From contig DASUFP010000076.1 of NCBI GenBank assembly GCA_036274495.1, positions 8,367 through 72,366 of the forward strand: DNA of 64,000 bases, written 5' to 3'. Shown one piece after another: positions 29,430 through 39,969 of the stretch. The notes under the pieces are model-generated. The model was given only the letters and a program-made list of their open reading frames with translations, was not told where the DNA came from and made no database searches. The translations under genes and the position numbers were made by a program. Each line of letters begins with the position of its first letter. The stretch's first letter is position 1. Source of the stretch: Bacteroidia bacterium. Its GTDB lineage: Bacteria > Bacteroidota > Bacteroidia > AKYH767-A > OLB10.

Positions 29430-30902
29430 TCACTGCACCAATACCAATTTACCGCTCTTAATCCCGCCATCATCAAGCACTATTCTGTATATATATACTC
29501 CTCCGGGTACTTTAGTGGTATTAATAAACAGAGATTTGAAAGTACCATACAATTTTTGCCGTTCTACCACTTTTCCAAATGTATTCATCAAAACGAATTC
29601 ACCGTTGCGGTTGTTCAAAAAATCGTAGGCAATGGTGAAATGATTGGTAGCCGGGTTAGGGAAAACATGGATGTTTTGTAATGCATCTTCCATTTCATAA
29701 ATACTGGTTAAAGTATCACAAGGGCTGGCTGCCCACTGGCCTAAATTGTAGTTTTGTATGTTAGGCAATCCCAAAAAGCTGCGCCTACCGCCCAGATTGA
29801 AACTGTTCGGGGCAATGTTGCATCCAGGGCCATAAACATCAGGATTATTTATAACTGTTAAGTTCATGTTTTCATTCGTAAATACATTGTTGGGCAATGA
29901 TCCACCACATATGGTTGCCATATATATTTTATCATCAGGTGCCAATAATAGCTGACCATTTTCACAATTATTTGCCGTTAACAACAAGAGGTTCTTAGTT
30001 GCCATCACATTAGCAGCTGTAAGATCATACTGAAGCAGGGAATCCAGTTCTTTAGATACAAATAATATATTTTCGTTGGGAGAAAAGGTGCAACCGTAAA
30101 AACCTCCAGACATAGGTGCAACTACTTGGCTTAAATTAAGTGTGTTTGAAAGCATTCCCGTACACCTGTTAAAATCAAATACATTCAAACTTCCGCCCAT
30201 ACCTGCTAACACCAGCTTATTGCCGTTTCGGGAAAATTTCATTTGGCCTAAGATGTCCCCATTATTAATCAATGTTCCTATGTTTTGGTAGTATGGGCCT
30301 TGAATACCAAATGGCGTAATTAAAAACTTAATAAAACGATTGTTCACGGAATATCCTTCGTGGGTCAACAACCACCAGTCACGACCATTACCATGCTTTA
30401 CCGCTTCCATCTTTTCGGTAAAATATAAATTAGAAATCAAATTATTTTTTACTGTTACATCACCTGTGTTTCCGTTCAAGCTCATATCAATAACACTGTA
30501 ATGCAGGTTGGAACCGAAACCAAAAACGGTTGGTAAAATCGTGAATAAATAATACTTCAAAGGATCATCAGGGAAGGGTATAATTAATGCACCCTGTGTG
30601 GCTGAAGCATAACCATAAATACCGTTTCCATTGGGCATTATTTGAAAATTATTATTCCATACTTTTAAAGAATCAAAATTATTATTTTCTGGGCCAACAT
30701 AAAACAATAAATTGCCCGATGAATCTGCTATTGATGCACTGCATTCTATCGAATTTATCTTTATTGAATCAAGAAGCTGTGGTATTCCTGTTTGAAAACT
30801 TATGCCACACGAATCGCCAAATATCCAAACATGATCCTGCATTTGAGCATGAGCAATAAATGCAAAATGTAAGATCAGAATTAATATTTTTAACTGTTTC
30901 AT
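29430..30902 (-). CDS. T9SS-sorted secreted protein (490 aa), function unknown.
   Basis: Signal peptide. C-terminal type A CTD HVFPNPATNHFTIAYD...GGVYIYRIVLDDGGIKSGKLVLVQ. Confidence 0.7.
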   Translation of the reverse strand: MKQLKILILILHFAFIAHAQMQDHVWIFGDSCGISFQTGIPQLLDSIKINSIECSASIADSSGNLLFYVGPENNNFDSLKVWNNNFQIMPNGNGIYGYASATQGALIIPFPDDPLKYYLFTILPTVFGFGSNLHYSVIDMSLNGNTGDVTVKNNLISNLYFTEKMEAVKHGNGRDWWLLTHEGYSVNNRFIKFLITPFGIQGPYYQNIGTLINNGDILGQMKFSRNGNKLVLAGMGGSLNVFDFNRCTGMLSNTLNLSQVVAPMSGGFYGCTFSPNENILFVSKELDSLLQYDLTAANVMATKNLLLLTANNCENGQLLLAPDDKIYMATICGGSLPNNVFTNENMNLTVINNPDVYGPGCNIAPNSFNLGGRRSFLGLPNIQNYNLGQWAASPCDTLTSIYEMEDALQNIHVFPNPATNHFTIAYDFLNNRNGEFVLMNTFGKVVERQKLYGTFKSLFINTTKVPGGVYIYRIVLDDGGIKSGKLVLVQ

Positions 30903-30952
30903 TTTAATTAAAATGCAAACGGAGAAAAATTATTTGCTCCGTTTATAATGTT

Positions 30953-31411
30953 TTATTCTTTATTAATATTCAACTTATCCCGAGCTTTGATAGTGTTATT
31001 TATAACAACATGGTATAAGTAAATTCCATCGGAAAAATTACTGCAATAGATGGTTAACTGGTTTAACCCTAACCCAGTTTGCACATAGCTTTGACTAAAG
31101 GGTAAATGCGGTACACTTCCTATTACTGAACGGATGGCGCGGAAAAATTCAGAACCATTAGTCCAAAAGAGTATTTGTCCGGAACTATCACATATTCCTG
31201 CCGAAGTTTGTGCGAGGTGAGCAGTATCAGGATACGATATATATTGCATACTCCCACCGGTAAAATCAGCTTTGCCAATCCAGCCTAACATCCATTGGTT
31301 CCCTTGCTGTGCGAACACAGGCTGCACGAAACCGGTTGCTGTAAGGCAAATAAAAAGTACGACGCTGATTTGTTTCATGGGGTGATGAGGGGCACGATCA
31401 AATATAATCAA
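30953..31411 (-). CDS. Short (152 aa) protein with a signal peptide and a T9SS-CTD-like C-terminus; a small cargo protein or a remnant.
   Basis: N-terminal signal MKQISVVLFICLTATGFVQPVFAQQ. C-terminus ...GIYLYHVVINNTIKARDKLNINKE resembles the end of a CTD. There is no substantial passenger domain. Confidence 0.4.
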   Translation of the reverse strand: MIIFDRAPHHPMKQISVVLFICLTATGFVQPVFAQQGNQWMLGWIGKADFTGGSMQYISYPDTAHLAQTSAGICDSSGQILFWTNGSEFFRAIRSVIGSVPHLPFSQSYVQTGLGLNQLTIYCSNFSDGIYLYHVVINNTIKARDKLNINKE

Positions 31412-31842
31412 AAAATACTGCCGAAAATCTTCTTGCGGTTCATAACTAAACGTTTGTAAACGTTTACAATGCTTTTGGTATTAATCTGACCTTTAACTTT
31501 ACTGCGGGCGGGGGCCTGGTGGCCCCCGGGGTGAGTTAATAAATATTGCATTTTTTTTACCATCCGGGGTTTTACCTCAGGCATGGACGAGTCGATATAA
31601 GTAAATAAGATTTTTTATATATTTACCGGCACCTGTTTTTACTATTCTTTTTGAAACGATTTCTACTATGACGCCTTGGGAATTCCGACACAGATCAACT
31701 TTAATTCTAATTGAACTGTTTTCGACATTGGCATACCGCATATAAGGATATTGCCAGGACTAAAATCATTTTGTAACCACACAAGTTGTTTAAATTAAAC
31801 TAGAAGGTATTAATTTTCAGCACTAAATTTTTAAATCTGTCT

Positions 31843-34131
31843 ATGAGAAGCTTCAAATTACTCTTATTCGTCAATTGCATGACACTGTTTGGAATGGTTC
31901 CCTTCAGCAACGGACAAACTACTTTATTATGGGATACCGTTTACGCTTTGCCTCAACCCTACTGCATAGGAGTCTTAAACGATGTTATAAATGACAATAG
32001 CGGAAATGTTTATACATGTGGTTACATGCAGGGACATGGTACATGCTGGGGAGCAACTCCTTTTGTTGGCAGATTGCTGAAAACTGACAGCAACGGAACT
32101 ATTTTATGGGAAGGGGTACAGGATTTTTATATCGGACCCTTACAATATTATGTTGGCAGCTGGGGCCTCGCTTTTGATGCTGACAGTAATATTTATATGT
32201 TTAGCGGTTATGGCCCCAATAGTAGCAGCGCCATAGATCAATTACTGATATCCAAATGGGATACTTCGGGTAATATGATATGGGAACACAACTATTCTAC
32301 TTATACCGGTTTTAACACAGCGGACGATAAAACAATACGCTTACGAAGTGATGGAAAATTTTACCTTAAAGGTGAAGGAAATAAACCTTTGACAATAGAC
32401 ACTTCAGGAGCACTTACCAAATTGACCGTATTTGGCTATTCTTACAGTAAAACCGATTTAGATTCTTTAGATAACTTATACAGTATTGCCATCTATAACT
32501 CCACCTTTGACCGCTACTTTCAGAAAATAAACAGCAATGGAACTTTACAATTTTCTCTTCCAAACATAAACAGTATCCAATACACCGACCTGAAGGTAAT
32601 AGATGTGAATCATATTGCAGTATATGGCTACTCTCAAGTAATACCTTCGACATATTATTTAACAGTATTTGATTCTGTTGGATCCCTCATATGGCAACAG
32701 GCCGTACCCCCTACAAACCAATTGATTTCAAACACATTTGGAGAAATATGGACAGTAGATCAATTTTTCCCGACTGTTGAATTGTCAAAATTTGATTTAA
32801 ACGGCAATTTGCTGTTCACTAAATCATATCCTTTACCTCTTTCATCCACCGCTTCTGGAATTACCAATGTAAATATTAAACAGGACGAACAGGCTAATCT
32901 CTATATTTCAGGTTTAGCTTCCGGTTCATTTAATTTTGCCGTTTTAATGAAAATCACCAATAATGGCAATTTAGCTTTCTATCATCAATACGATTATTCA
33001 CCAGTAGTGGCTAACCAATGGGAGGGGGTAAATGGATTATCCCTTGATAGGGAAGGTAACATTTATTTGGCTTCGGATCTTACCACATTCCCGGTTGTAA
33101 ATGATTACCAATTGCTCATCAAATATTCAAAACCACCTGCGGTAGTATGGCCGGGTGATGCGGACTATAATCTGAATGCCGACAACTATGATATTCTTGA
33201 ACTTGGACTGAACTATGGAATCACCGGCACCACCAGATCGAATGCTTCACTAAACTGGGTAGCTCAACCATCGGCGGAATGGAATTCCTTTTCACCCAGC
33301 AGTATTAACTCAAAGCATGCTGATTGTAACGGAGATGGGATCGTTTCTCATAGCGACACGGCTGCTGTTTCGCTTAATTACGGACAAAGCCATCCATTCC
33401 GCTTAATGCAGCCTAATTCAAATTCATCTGCAACCGGACCAGATCTATATTTTGATTTTCCTTCCGGATCGGTAACTCCGGGAGGCACTGCAACTATTCC
33501 GGTCAAATTGGGAACTCAATCTAACCCTGCAACCGATTTCTATGGCATTGCCTACACTATAGATTATGATGAAAATAAAATTGATCCCAATTCAATAAGT
33601 GTGAGTTATTCCGGTTCATGGCTGGGTCAATACCCCTCAGCAATCAATTTCGCTAAAAATTTCCCGACAACGGGGCAATTAGACCTCGCTCAGGTTTCCG
33701 CTCTTCATAATAACATTACCGGCTATGGAACCATTGCTGAGATTTCATTTCAGCTTAAACCGACTGCCGCCGGAACCATTAATTTCGCTTTCAATAACAC
33801 CTACGCTATTAATAATTCATCCGACAATTTACCTGTAAATACTTTGCCCTACGGACTTACAACAGGGTTAACTGAAAATCCGCCAATTAACCCCATCTCA
33901 ATCTATTTCAATGCCGCCGAGGATTTAATTTATGTTTATACAACCACCAATCCGAACGAAAAAAGAGAAGTAGCGGTATTCAATCTGGTAGGACAACAAC
34001 TAATCCATTCCGCTACTTCAAATAACTCATTGGCACTGGATGCTTCATCTTTGGCTTCGGGAACGTATATTGTTCAGGTATCCGGTTTAAACAACAAAAC
34101 AGCCAGGTTAAAATTTGTCATTACCCGATAA
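31843..34131 (+). CDS. T9SS-sorted secreted protein (762 aa) with a dockerin-like Ca-binding repeat.
   Basis: Signal peptide. DCNGDGIVSHSD and GDADYNLNADNYD are dockerin/EF-hand-like. C-terminal CTD VAVFNLVGQQLIHS...GTYIVQVSGLNNKTARLKFVITR. Confidence 0.7.
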   Translation: MRSFKLLLFVNCMTLFGMVPFSNGQTTLLWDTVYALPQPYCIGVLNDVINDNSGNVYTCGYMQGHGTCWGATPFVGRLLKTDSNGTILWEGVQDFYIGPLQYYVGSWGLAFDADSNIYMFSGYGPNSSSAIDQLLISKWDTSGNMIWEHNYSTYTGFNTADDKTIRLRSDGKFYLKGEGNKPLTIDTSGALTKLTVFGYSYSKTDLDSLDNLYSIAIYNSTFDRYFQKINSNGTLQFSLPNINSIQYTDLKVIDVNHIAVYGYSQVIPSTYYLTVFDSVGSLIWQQAVPPTNQLISNTFGEIWTVDQFFPTVELSKFDLNGNLLFTKSYPLPLSSTASGITNVNIKQDEQANLYISGLASGSFNFAVLMKITNNGNLAFYHQYDYSPVVANQWEGVNGLSLDREGNIYLASDLTTFPVVNDYQLLIKYSKPPAVVWPGDADYNLNADNYDILELGLNYGITGTTRSNASLNWVAQPSAEWNSFSPSSINSKHADCNGDGIVSHSDTAAVSLNYGQSHPFRLMQPNSNSSATGPDLYFDFPSGSVTPGGTATIPVKLGTQSNPATDFYGIAYTIDYDENKIDPNSISVSYSGSWLGQYPSAINFAKNFPTTGQLDLAQVSALHNNITGYGTIAEISFQLKPTAAGTINFAFNNTYAINNSSDNLPVNTLPYGLTTGLTENPPINPISIYFNAAEDLIYVYTTTNPNEKREVAVFNLVGQQLIHSATSNNSLALDASSLASGTYIVQVSGLNNKTARLKFVITR

Positions 34132-34235
34132 AAACAAAATAATGATCCATCTCATTAATAATTATTCCTGTGTCATTATTGCCAAGTAAAACTACTTCCT
34201 GATTTAACCAGGAAGCTATCCGTTTAAAATTGTGA

Positions 34236-34265
34236 AGCAGGCAAGAACATTGCCTGCTTTTTTTA
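34236..34265 (+). terminator. Rho-independent terminator downstream of the 31843..34131 gene.
   Basis: AGCAGGCAA-gaac-ATTGCCTGCT followed by ttttttt. Confidence 0.6.
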
Positions 34266-34605
34266 TCCTCAACAAATAAACCGCTTTTTGGCCAGCCAAT
34301 GTATTTCAGGTCTGGTTTCTGACTGCAGGATTAATTCCGGTCACTCCATGCCTATCAATACTGCTCTTCCACACAACAATTTTTCATTCAAAACCAAAAG
34401 AAGAAACTCCTTTCAAATGCAACACATTTTTTTCGGAAGCATTTGATACCTCCCGTAAAGCGCTCCTTGCATAAACTTATTTTACTTGCACTTTTTATGG
34501 TTTAAGTACAACCTGATCTATTCATCTGAAATTCATAAAATCGTCATCAATCCTTCATTTTCCTGAAGAAACATTTACACCGTTAAAAACAAACACCAAA
34601 AAGCT

Positions 34606-34965
34606 ATGAAAAAGCTAATGTTAATGATTCTGGTTGCAGGCTTCGCTCAGGCAGGCATTGCACAAACTACCACTCCGGCTGCTAAAAAAGCAACCCCTCC
34701 TCCAACATCCGTAAATGCTACTAAGAACACCCAGTCCGGCACAACCGCTACTTCGACGACTGCCAAAAAGACTACGGCTCCGGCCACGGCTTCGGCTTCC
34801 ACAAAGGCCAAACCCGAAGCAAAGGCTACCGGAACCAAGAGTCACCATTCCGACAAGAAATCGCATCACAAAACAGAGCATCCTACTACTCCGTCGCCCT
34901 CCTCTTCAAAGGCAAATCCGGATGTTAAGTCAACTGCCACCATGCAAAAGACCCCCCAGAAGTAA
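34606..34965 (+). CDS. Low-complexity secreted protein rich in Thr, Ala, Lys, Pro and Ser (119 aa).
   Basis: Signal peptide MKKLMLMILVAGFAQAGIAQ. Followed by a strong terminator. The overlapping ORFs 34621..34881(-), 34647..34838(-) and 34715..35035(+) are treated as compositional artefacts. Confidence 0.5.
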   Translation: MKKLMLMILVAGFAQAGIAQTTTPAAKKATPPPTSVNATKNTQSGTTATSTTAKKTTAPATASASTKAKPEAKATGTKSHHSDKKSHHKTEHPTTPSPSSSKANPDVKSTATMQKTPQK

Positions 34966-34985
34966 CATTCTGAATCCAAATGAAA

Positions 34986-35020
34986 GCCGGGAAACCCGTA
35001 CGTTTCCCGGCTTTTTTTTA
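34986..35020 (+). terminator. Rho-independent terminator.
   Basis: GCCGGGAAAC-ccgtac-GTTTCCCGGC followed by tttttttt. Confidence 0.75.
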
Positions 35021-35358
35021 TTTAAGGCCCGGTAAGGCTTCCCTCACTATTAAATGCCGGGCCCTGTTCTTCATAAAGAGATAACGCACGGTTAATATTG
35101 ACATGATATTGATGTTCTTTTTTTGCATCAAAATAAAACCGTATTGACATCAAGTCGTAATTCATATACCCGCCGCACGTTTTTAACTGTATTTTCAACG
35201 GGTCTCACCTCCTCCCTTTTATTTTTAACAGTACAACCGGAGAAATTCAACAACTTCTTTCTTCAGCCATACGTCGAATTGCTGCTGGCCACTCATAGCG
35301 GTATTTTCTCCGCCTTCCGATTCAATCCGAATTCGAGACTTCACTGAAACCCGCTATT

Positions 35359-36255
35359 ATGAAAACCCCACCGGCCGGCAAACAAAAGAGAAAAGTTGAA
35401 CTGGTCGTTCTCTCCGATATACATCTCGGTACCTACGGCTGTCACGCGAAAGAACTGTACCGGTATATGAAGAGCATCCGCCCCAAAGCCGTTGTGCTGA
35501 ATGGCGACATCATTGACATGTGGCAGTTTTCGAAGAATTACTTTCCGAAAGACCATTTGAGCGTACTGCACCGTCTATTCAAATGGATCAACAAAGGCAT
35601 ACCTGTTTACTACTTACCCGGCAACCACGATGAGAACCTCAGAAGGTTCGTCGGGTTTAAGATGGGGTCGCTGGCCATTGAAAACAAACTGGTCATGGAC
35701 CTAAACGGCAAAAAGACCTGGATTTTTCATGGTGATGTGTTTGATGTAACCATGCAGCATTCCAAATGGCTCGCCCGGCTGGGAGCTATCGGTTACGACA
35801 CCTTGATTCTGATCAATTCTTTTTGCAACTGGATTCTAACGAAAACAGGAAGAGGGAAAATTTCCTTTTCCAAAACCATAAAGAACAGCGTTAAACAGGC
35901 TGTAAGTTTTATCAATCATTTTGAGCAGCTCTGTGCCGATATTGCTTCCGAAAGCGGTTATGACACCGTTATTTGCGGACATATACATCAGCCGGAGATA
36001 AGAGAGATGCAAGGCGAAAAGGGACCCGTAACTTATATGAATTCCGGCGACTGGATAGAAAACCTGACAAGCCTGGAATACAACGATGGTAAATGGAGCT
36101 TGTTTAAATACGATGAAAAAGATTTTGAAGCATCGCATGAAGAAACTGAAACAGAAGAGGCGGAACAGTTACCGGATGAAAAGTTAGTCTTTATGAAAAA
36201 CAAAGAAATTTTCACACTGATGGCCACTGAATTCGGAATGAAAATGGACCGGTAA
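35359..36255 (+). CDS. Calcineurin-like metallophosphoesterase, LpxH-like (UDP-2,3-diacylglucosamine diphosphatase family).
   Basis: VLSDIHLG, LNGDIIDMW, LPGNHDE, FHGDVFD and CGHIHQPEI, which are the metallophosphoesterase motifs in the order seen in LpxH. Confidence 0.65.
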   Translation: MKTPPAGKQKRKVELVVLSDIHLGTYGCHAKELYRYMKSIRPKAVVLNGDIIDMWQFSKNYFPKDHLSVLHRLFKWINKGIPVYYLPGNHDENLRRFVGFKMGSLAIENKLVMDLNGKKTWIFHGDVFDVTMQHSKWLARLGAIGYDTLILINSFCNWILTKTGRGKISFSKTIKNSVKQAVSFINHFEQLCADIASESGYDTVICGHIHQPEIREMQGEKGPVTYMNSGDWIENLTSLEYNDGKWSLFKYDEKDFEASHEETETEEAEQLPDEKLVFMKNKEIFTLMATEFGMKMDR

Positions 36256-36279
36256 CAGAACTATAAGAAATCTAAACCC

Positions 36280-37329
36280 ATGAATAAGAAACTAAAAATC
36301 CTCTATGCAATACAGGGAACCGGCAATGGCCATATTACCAGAGCAATGGAGATTGTTCCACTTCTCAAAAAAAAGGGCACTGTTGACGTATTAATCAGCG
36401 GCATACAGTCGGACCTGGAGTTGCCTTTTAAAGTGCAGTATAAACTCAACGGCCTCTCATTTATTTTTGGTACAAAAGGCGGTGTTGATATCTGGCATAC
36501 CTATGCACGCATGAACACCTTACGGTTATTGAAAGAAATAAAAAGTCTGGATCCCACCAAATACGATCTTGTAATAAGCGATTTTGAACCCGTTTCAGCA
36601 TGGGCCTGTCAGCTGGCGGGAGTCCCCTGCATAGGACTAAGCAACCAGGCCGCCACCCTGCATCCCAAGACACCAAAGCCTAAAAACATCGACTTAATCG
36701 GAAAACTGGTGCTGGAACATTATGCTCCGGTTACTTTTAATTACGGATTTCATTTCAAGCGTCTTGATAAATCCATTTTCACGCCTATAATCCGAAAAGA
36801 GGTAAGAAGCCTTACCCCTTCCGACAAGGGCCATTACACTGTTTATCTTCCCAGTTACAGTGACGAACGCATCATTAAAGTGCTTGATAAAATGGAAAAT
36901 ATAACCTGGGAGGTCTTTTCGAAACGCTGTACCAAAAAATTTGAGCACAATAAAATTACCATTCAGCCCATAAAGCAGGAATCCTTTTTGAAGAGTATTG
37001 CCGCTTCATCTGGGGTGTTGTGTAATGCCGGTTTCGGAGTGGCCAGTGAAGCGTTGTTTCTTGGGAAAAAACTGCTGGTTATTCCAATGAAAACACAATA
37101 CGAACAAATGTGCAATGCCGCCATGCTGAAAAGCATGGGCGTGACGGTTATCAAAAAACTGAGAAAGAAAAATATCGGGAAAATTGAAAACTGGATCGCT
37201 AAAGGAGCTGTTGCACCGGTTGATTACAAAGACGAAACAGAACAGATTCTGGATATGATTATTAAAAATCATGCAGGCCACACTGTTGAACACTTTGCCG
37301 AAACGGGGACCTATTCATCCATACAATAA
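36280..37329 (+). CDS. GT-B fold glycosyltransferase (MurG/GT28-like family).
   Basis: N-terminal KILYAIQGTGNGHITRA, a Gly-rich loop typical of the MurG/UDP-glycosyltransferase superfamily. 349 aa. Confidence 0.5.
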   Translation: MNKKLKILYAIQGTGNGHITRAMEIVPLLKKKGTVDVLISGIQSDLELPFKVQYKLNGLSFIFGTKGGVDIWHTYARMNTLRLLKEIKSLDPTKYDLVISDFEPVSAWACQLAGVPCIGLSNQAATLHPKTPKPKNIDLIGKLVLEHYAPVTFNYGFHFKRLDKSIFTPIIRKEVRSLTPSDKGHYTVYLPSYSDERIIKVLDKMENITWEVFSKRCTKKFEHNKITIQPIKQESFLKSIAASSGVLCNAGFGVASEALFLGKKLLVIPMKTQYEQMCNAAMLKSMGVTVIKKLRKKNIGKIENWIAKGAVAPVDYKDETEQILDMIIKNHAGHTVEHFAETGTYSSIQ

Positions 37330-37374
37330 GTGAATCCAAACACCTATTTTCGCATCATCACCACCCGTAGATAA

Positions 37375-38709
37375 GTGAAAGCGTCTGAATTTGGATCCTC
37401 CTTTAAATGGGGAGTATCGGCGTCGGCATATCAGACAGAAGGTGCCTATGCCGCTGACGGGAAAGGATTGTCGATTTGGGATGTGTTTACCGAAAAAAAA
37501 AGACACATTCGCAATGGGGCAAATGCCAATGTGAGCTGCGACTTTTACAACAGGTATAACAGCGATTTAGATCATATCCAATCACTCCGTATTCCCAATT
37601 TCAGGTTCTCACTCTCCTGGTCGCGGTTGTTGCCGGATGGTATTGGCAGGGTAAATAAAAAAGGGGTTGATTTTTACAACAGATTAATTGATGGCTGTAA
37701 TGAGAGAGGCATTACGCCCTGGATTACATTATACCACTGGGATCTCCCTCAAAAACTTTCGGAAAAAGGCGGCTGGATAAACCGTGATGTGGTTGAATGG
37801 TTTTCCGAATATACCGGAAAGGCTTTACAGCTGTTTGGCGACAGGGTAACCTACTGGATGGTTTTAAATGAACCAATGGTATTTACCGGTGCCGGATACT
37901 TTATGGGTATTCATGCTCCCGGTAAAAAAGGTCTGGGAAATTTCCTCGCATCCATGCACCATGCCACACTGGCGCAGGCAGCCGGCTGTAAAATTATCAA
38001 ATCGGCCGGCAACGGCATGCAGGCAGGGACTACCTTTTCCTGTTCGCATCTCACCCCCTATACCTCCTCGGAAGCTGATCAGAGAGCCACCGTTCGAATG
38101 GATGCGCTCTTAAACCGGTTGTTTATTGAACCGGCTCTCGGGCTAGGCTATCCTACTGCAGAGCTTTCCTTTTTACACAAGGCCGAAAAATACATGCAGC
38201 CCGGTGATGCGGACAACATGAAAGCCGATTTCGATTTTATAGGAATTCAAAACTACACACGTGAATGTGTTGCGCATTCCATGTGGATTCCCTATCTGAA
38301 TGCCCGTTTGATACCGGCACACAAAAGAAAGGTGTACCACACCTCGATGAACTGGGAGGTGTATCCGGAAGCTATTTATGAAACGCTCCGTAAATTCAAT
38401 GAATACAAAGGGATAAAAAAACTGATAGTAACCGAAAACGGAGCTGCCTTTCATGATGTACTGCAACACAACCGTGTGACCGATACCGAAAGAACGCAGT
38501 ACCTGAACGATTACCTGAACCAGGTGTTAAGGGCAAAAAAAGAAGGAATGCCTGTTGATGGTTATTTTGTCTGGTCGCTAACCGATAATTTTGAATGGGC
38601 CGAAGGATATGATCCGCGGTTCGGGTTGATTTATGTTGACTTTGCAACACAACAACGAACCGTTAAAGATTCGGGCTTCTGGTACCGGGATTTTTTAACC
38701 AGGGGCTAA
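37375..38709 (+). CDS. Glycoside hydrolase family 1 beta-glucosidase.
   Basis: FKWGVSASAYQTEG, MVLNEPMV (acid/base NEP) and LIVTENGAA (nucleophile TENG). 444 aa. Confidence 0.85.
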   Translation: MKASEFGSSFKWGVSASAYQTEGAYAADGKGLSIWDVFTEKKRHIRNGANANVSCDFYNRYNSDLDHIQSLRIPNFRFSLSWSRLLPDGIGRVNKKGVDFYNRLIDGCNERGITPWITLYHWDLPQKLSEKGGWINRDVVEWFSEYTGKALQLFGDRVTYWMVLNEPMVFTGAGYFMGIHAPGKKGLGNFLASMHHATLAQAAGCKIIKSAGNGMQAGTTFSCSHLTPYTSSEADQRATVRMDALLNRLFIEPALGLGYPTAELSFLHKAEKYMQPGDADNMKADFDFIGIQNYTRECVAHSMWIPYLNARLIPAHKRKVYHTSMNWEVYPEAIYETLRKFNEYKGIKKLIVTENGAAFHDVLQHNRVTDTERTQYLNDYLNQVLRAKKEGMPVDGYFVWSLTDNFEWAEGYDPRFGLIYVDFATQQRTVKDSGFWYRDFLTRG

Positions 38710-38712
38710 CTG

Positions 38713-39276
38713 TTATTTCTTCGCATTTCTTGCAAGCACCTCTTTTACCCGTGCAATAAATCCGCGCAGCTGTTCCATTGAGGCGGGCGTCATTTCGATG
38801 GTCGATTGGGTATCATCTTTTTTAAGACGCATAAATATCACCCATTTATCTTCGTCAAAAAAACAACCTGCCTCGGTACCTCCGCGTGTGTTGAAGACCA
38901 ATTCGGTGTAAGAGGTAGGAGTTGTCTGCAGATATTGTTCACTCATCATCGTCAGCATTTTTTGCATCCCGTCAATTTCATCGCTTTCAATCATGGTGTA
39001 TTTACCCTTGTCGAGTACATCAAAGACCATACACTGTCGTTCTTCACCCGTATCGGTGTCTTTGAGCAGCAACGCATTTACTTCCATATCCTGCTTCACC
39101 ATACCATACTTCACTGTTAACGTACCTACCGTAATCATCTTTTTTTCGACAATCGAGTTGGGTTTATTCATGAAGATGTCGGAATCGGTCTGATAGGTAT
39201 TCTTTCTTTTATCCTGGCCCAAAGCCACAACGCAAATGAACAGATACAAGCCGGTGAGAAGAAGTACTTTTTTCAT
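38713..39276 (-). CDS. Secreted hypothetical protein (187 aa).
   Basis: Signal peptide MKKVLLLTGLYLFICVVALGQ. Confidence 0.5.
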   Translation of the reverse strand: MKKVLLLTGLYLFICVVALGQDKRKNTYQTDSDIFMNKPNSIVEKKMITVGTLTVKYGMVKQDMEVNALLLKDTDTGEERQCMVFDVLDKGKYTMIESDEIDGMQKMLTMMSEQYLQTTPTSYTELVFNTRGGTEAGCFFDEDKWVIFMRLKKDDTQSTIEMTPASMEQLRGFIARVKEVLARNAKK

Positions 39277-39325
39277 AGAGAAATGTGTTTAATCAAGTCA
39301 AAAATAGTAAAACCATTCTGAAATG

Positions 39326-39928
39326 CTACCATATTTCAATCAGTTCCTTCTGAAGCGTCATTGTTTGGTCGACAGCGTACCACAGGTGCAGCTCTTTCTG
39401 AAAATCCTCTTTTGAAATGGCGCCATCGGCATGTTTCCACTTCAACATAATTTCCTGTGCAGGTTTGGGCCGCGGCCCCCAGCGGCTGATCAGCTGACCG
39501 GATTGCTTATTAACTCTCAGCAAAACGGGTACCGAGCGTGATCCATCCGTTAAAAAGCGCTTCATTAATTCGGGGTGGTTATCTCTGCCGGTAATCAGCA
39601 GTTGAATAGTCCCGGACGACAACCGGGCAATTTTATCAAAAACAGGGAGCGTCTGGGCCGAATCGCCGCACCATGCCTCCGACAGTACCAGCCACACCTC
39701 GGGCCTTTGCAGCTGCGAAACTTTTTGAACCAGCTCCTCTTTCAGCTCTACTTTATTTTCGAGCCGGTCCATGCGGTATTCATTCAGCCGGGTGAATTCA
39801 ACATAACTCTCTGTGACAGTGTTTCCTGTTGTCAGATTTTTTGACAGCAGTTTTTTTATCAGACTACGGTAATCGCTATAGCTTAACGCGTCGGATGGAA
39901 TAGTTACCGGCTCCATGCTACCGAACAA
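39326..39928 (-). CDS. Thioredoxin-fold family protein.
   Basis: WLVLSEAWCGDSAQ, a Trx-like WCxxS/C site. 200 aa. Confidence 0.45.
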   Translation of the reverse strand: MFGSMEPVTIPSDALSYSDYRSLIKKLLSKNLTTGNTVTESYVEFTRLNEYRMDRLENKVELKEELVQKVSQLQRPEVWLVLSEAWCGDSAQTLPVFDKIARLSSGTIQLLITGRDNHPELMKRFLTDGSRSVPVLLRVNKQSGQLISRWGPRPKPAQEIMLKWKHADGAISKEDFQKELHLWYAVDQTMTLQKELIEIW

Positions 39929-39969
39929 AGATCAAAAAAGTGCATGCAGGAGCAATTGTTCATTTCAAT

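Noticed and set aside
34621-35035. ORFs 34621..34881(-), 34647..34838(-) and 34715..35035(+) overlapping the 119-aa secreted protein gene
   Set aside because: They are low-complexity alternative-frame translations of GC-rich repetitive sequence that codes for Ala, Thr, Pro and Lys. The plus-frame gene has a signal peptide and a terminator.
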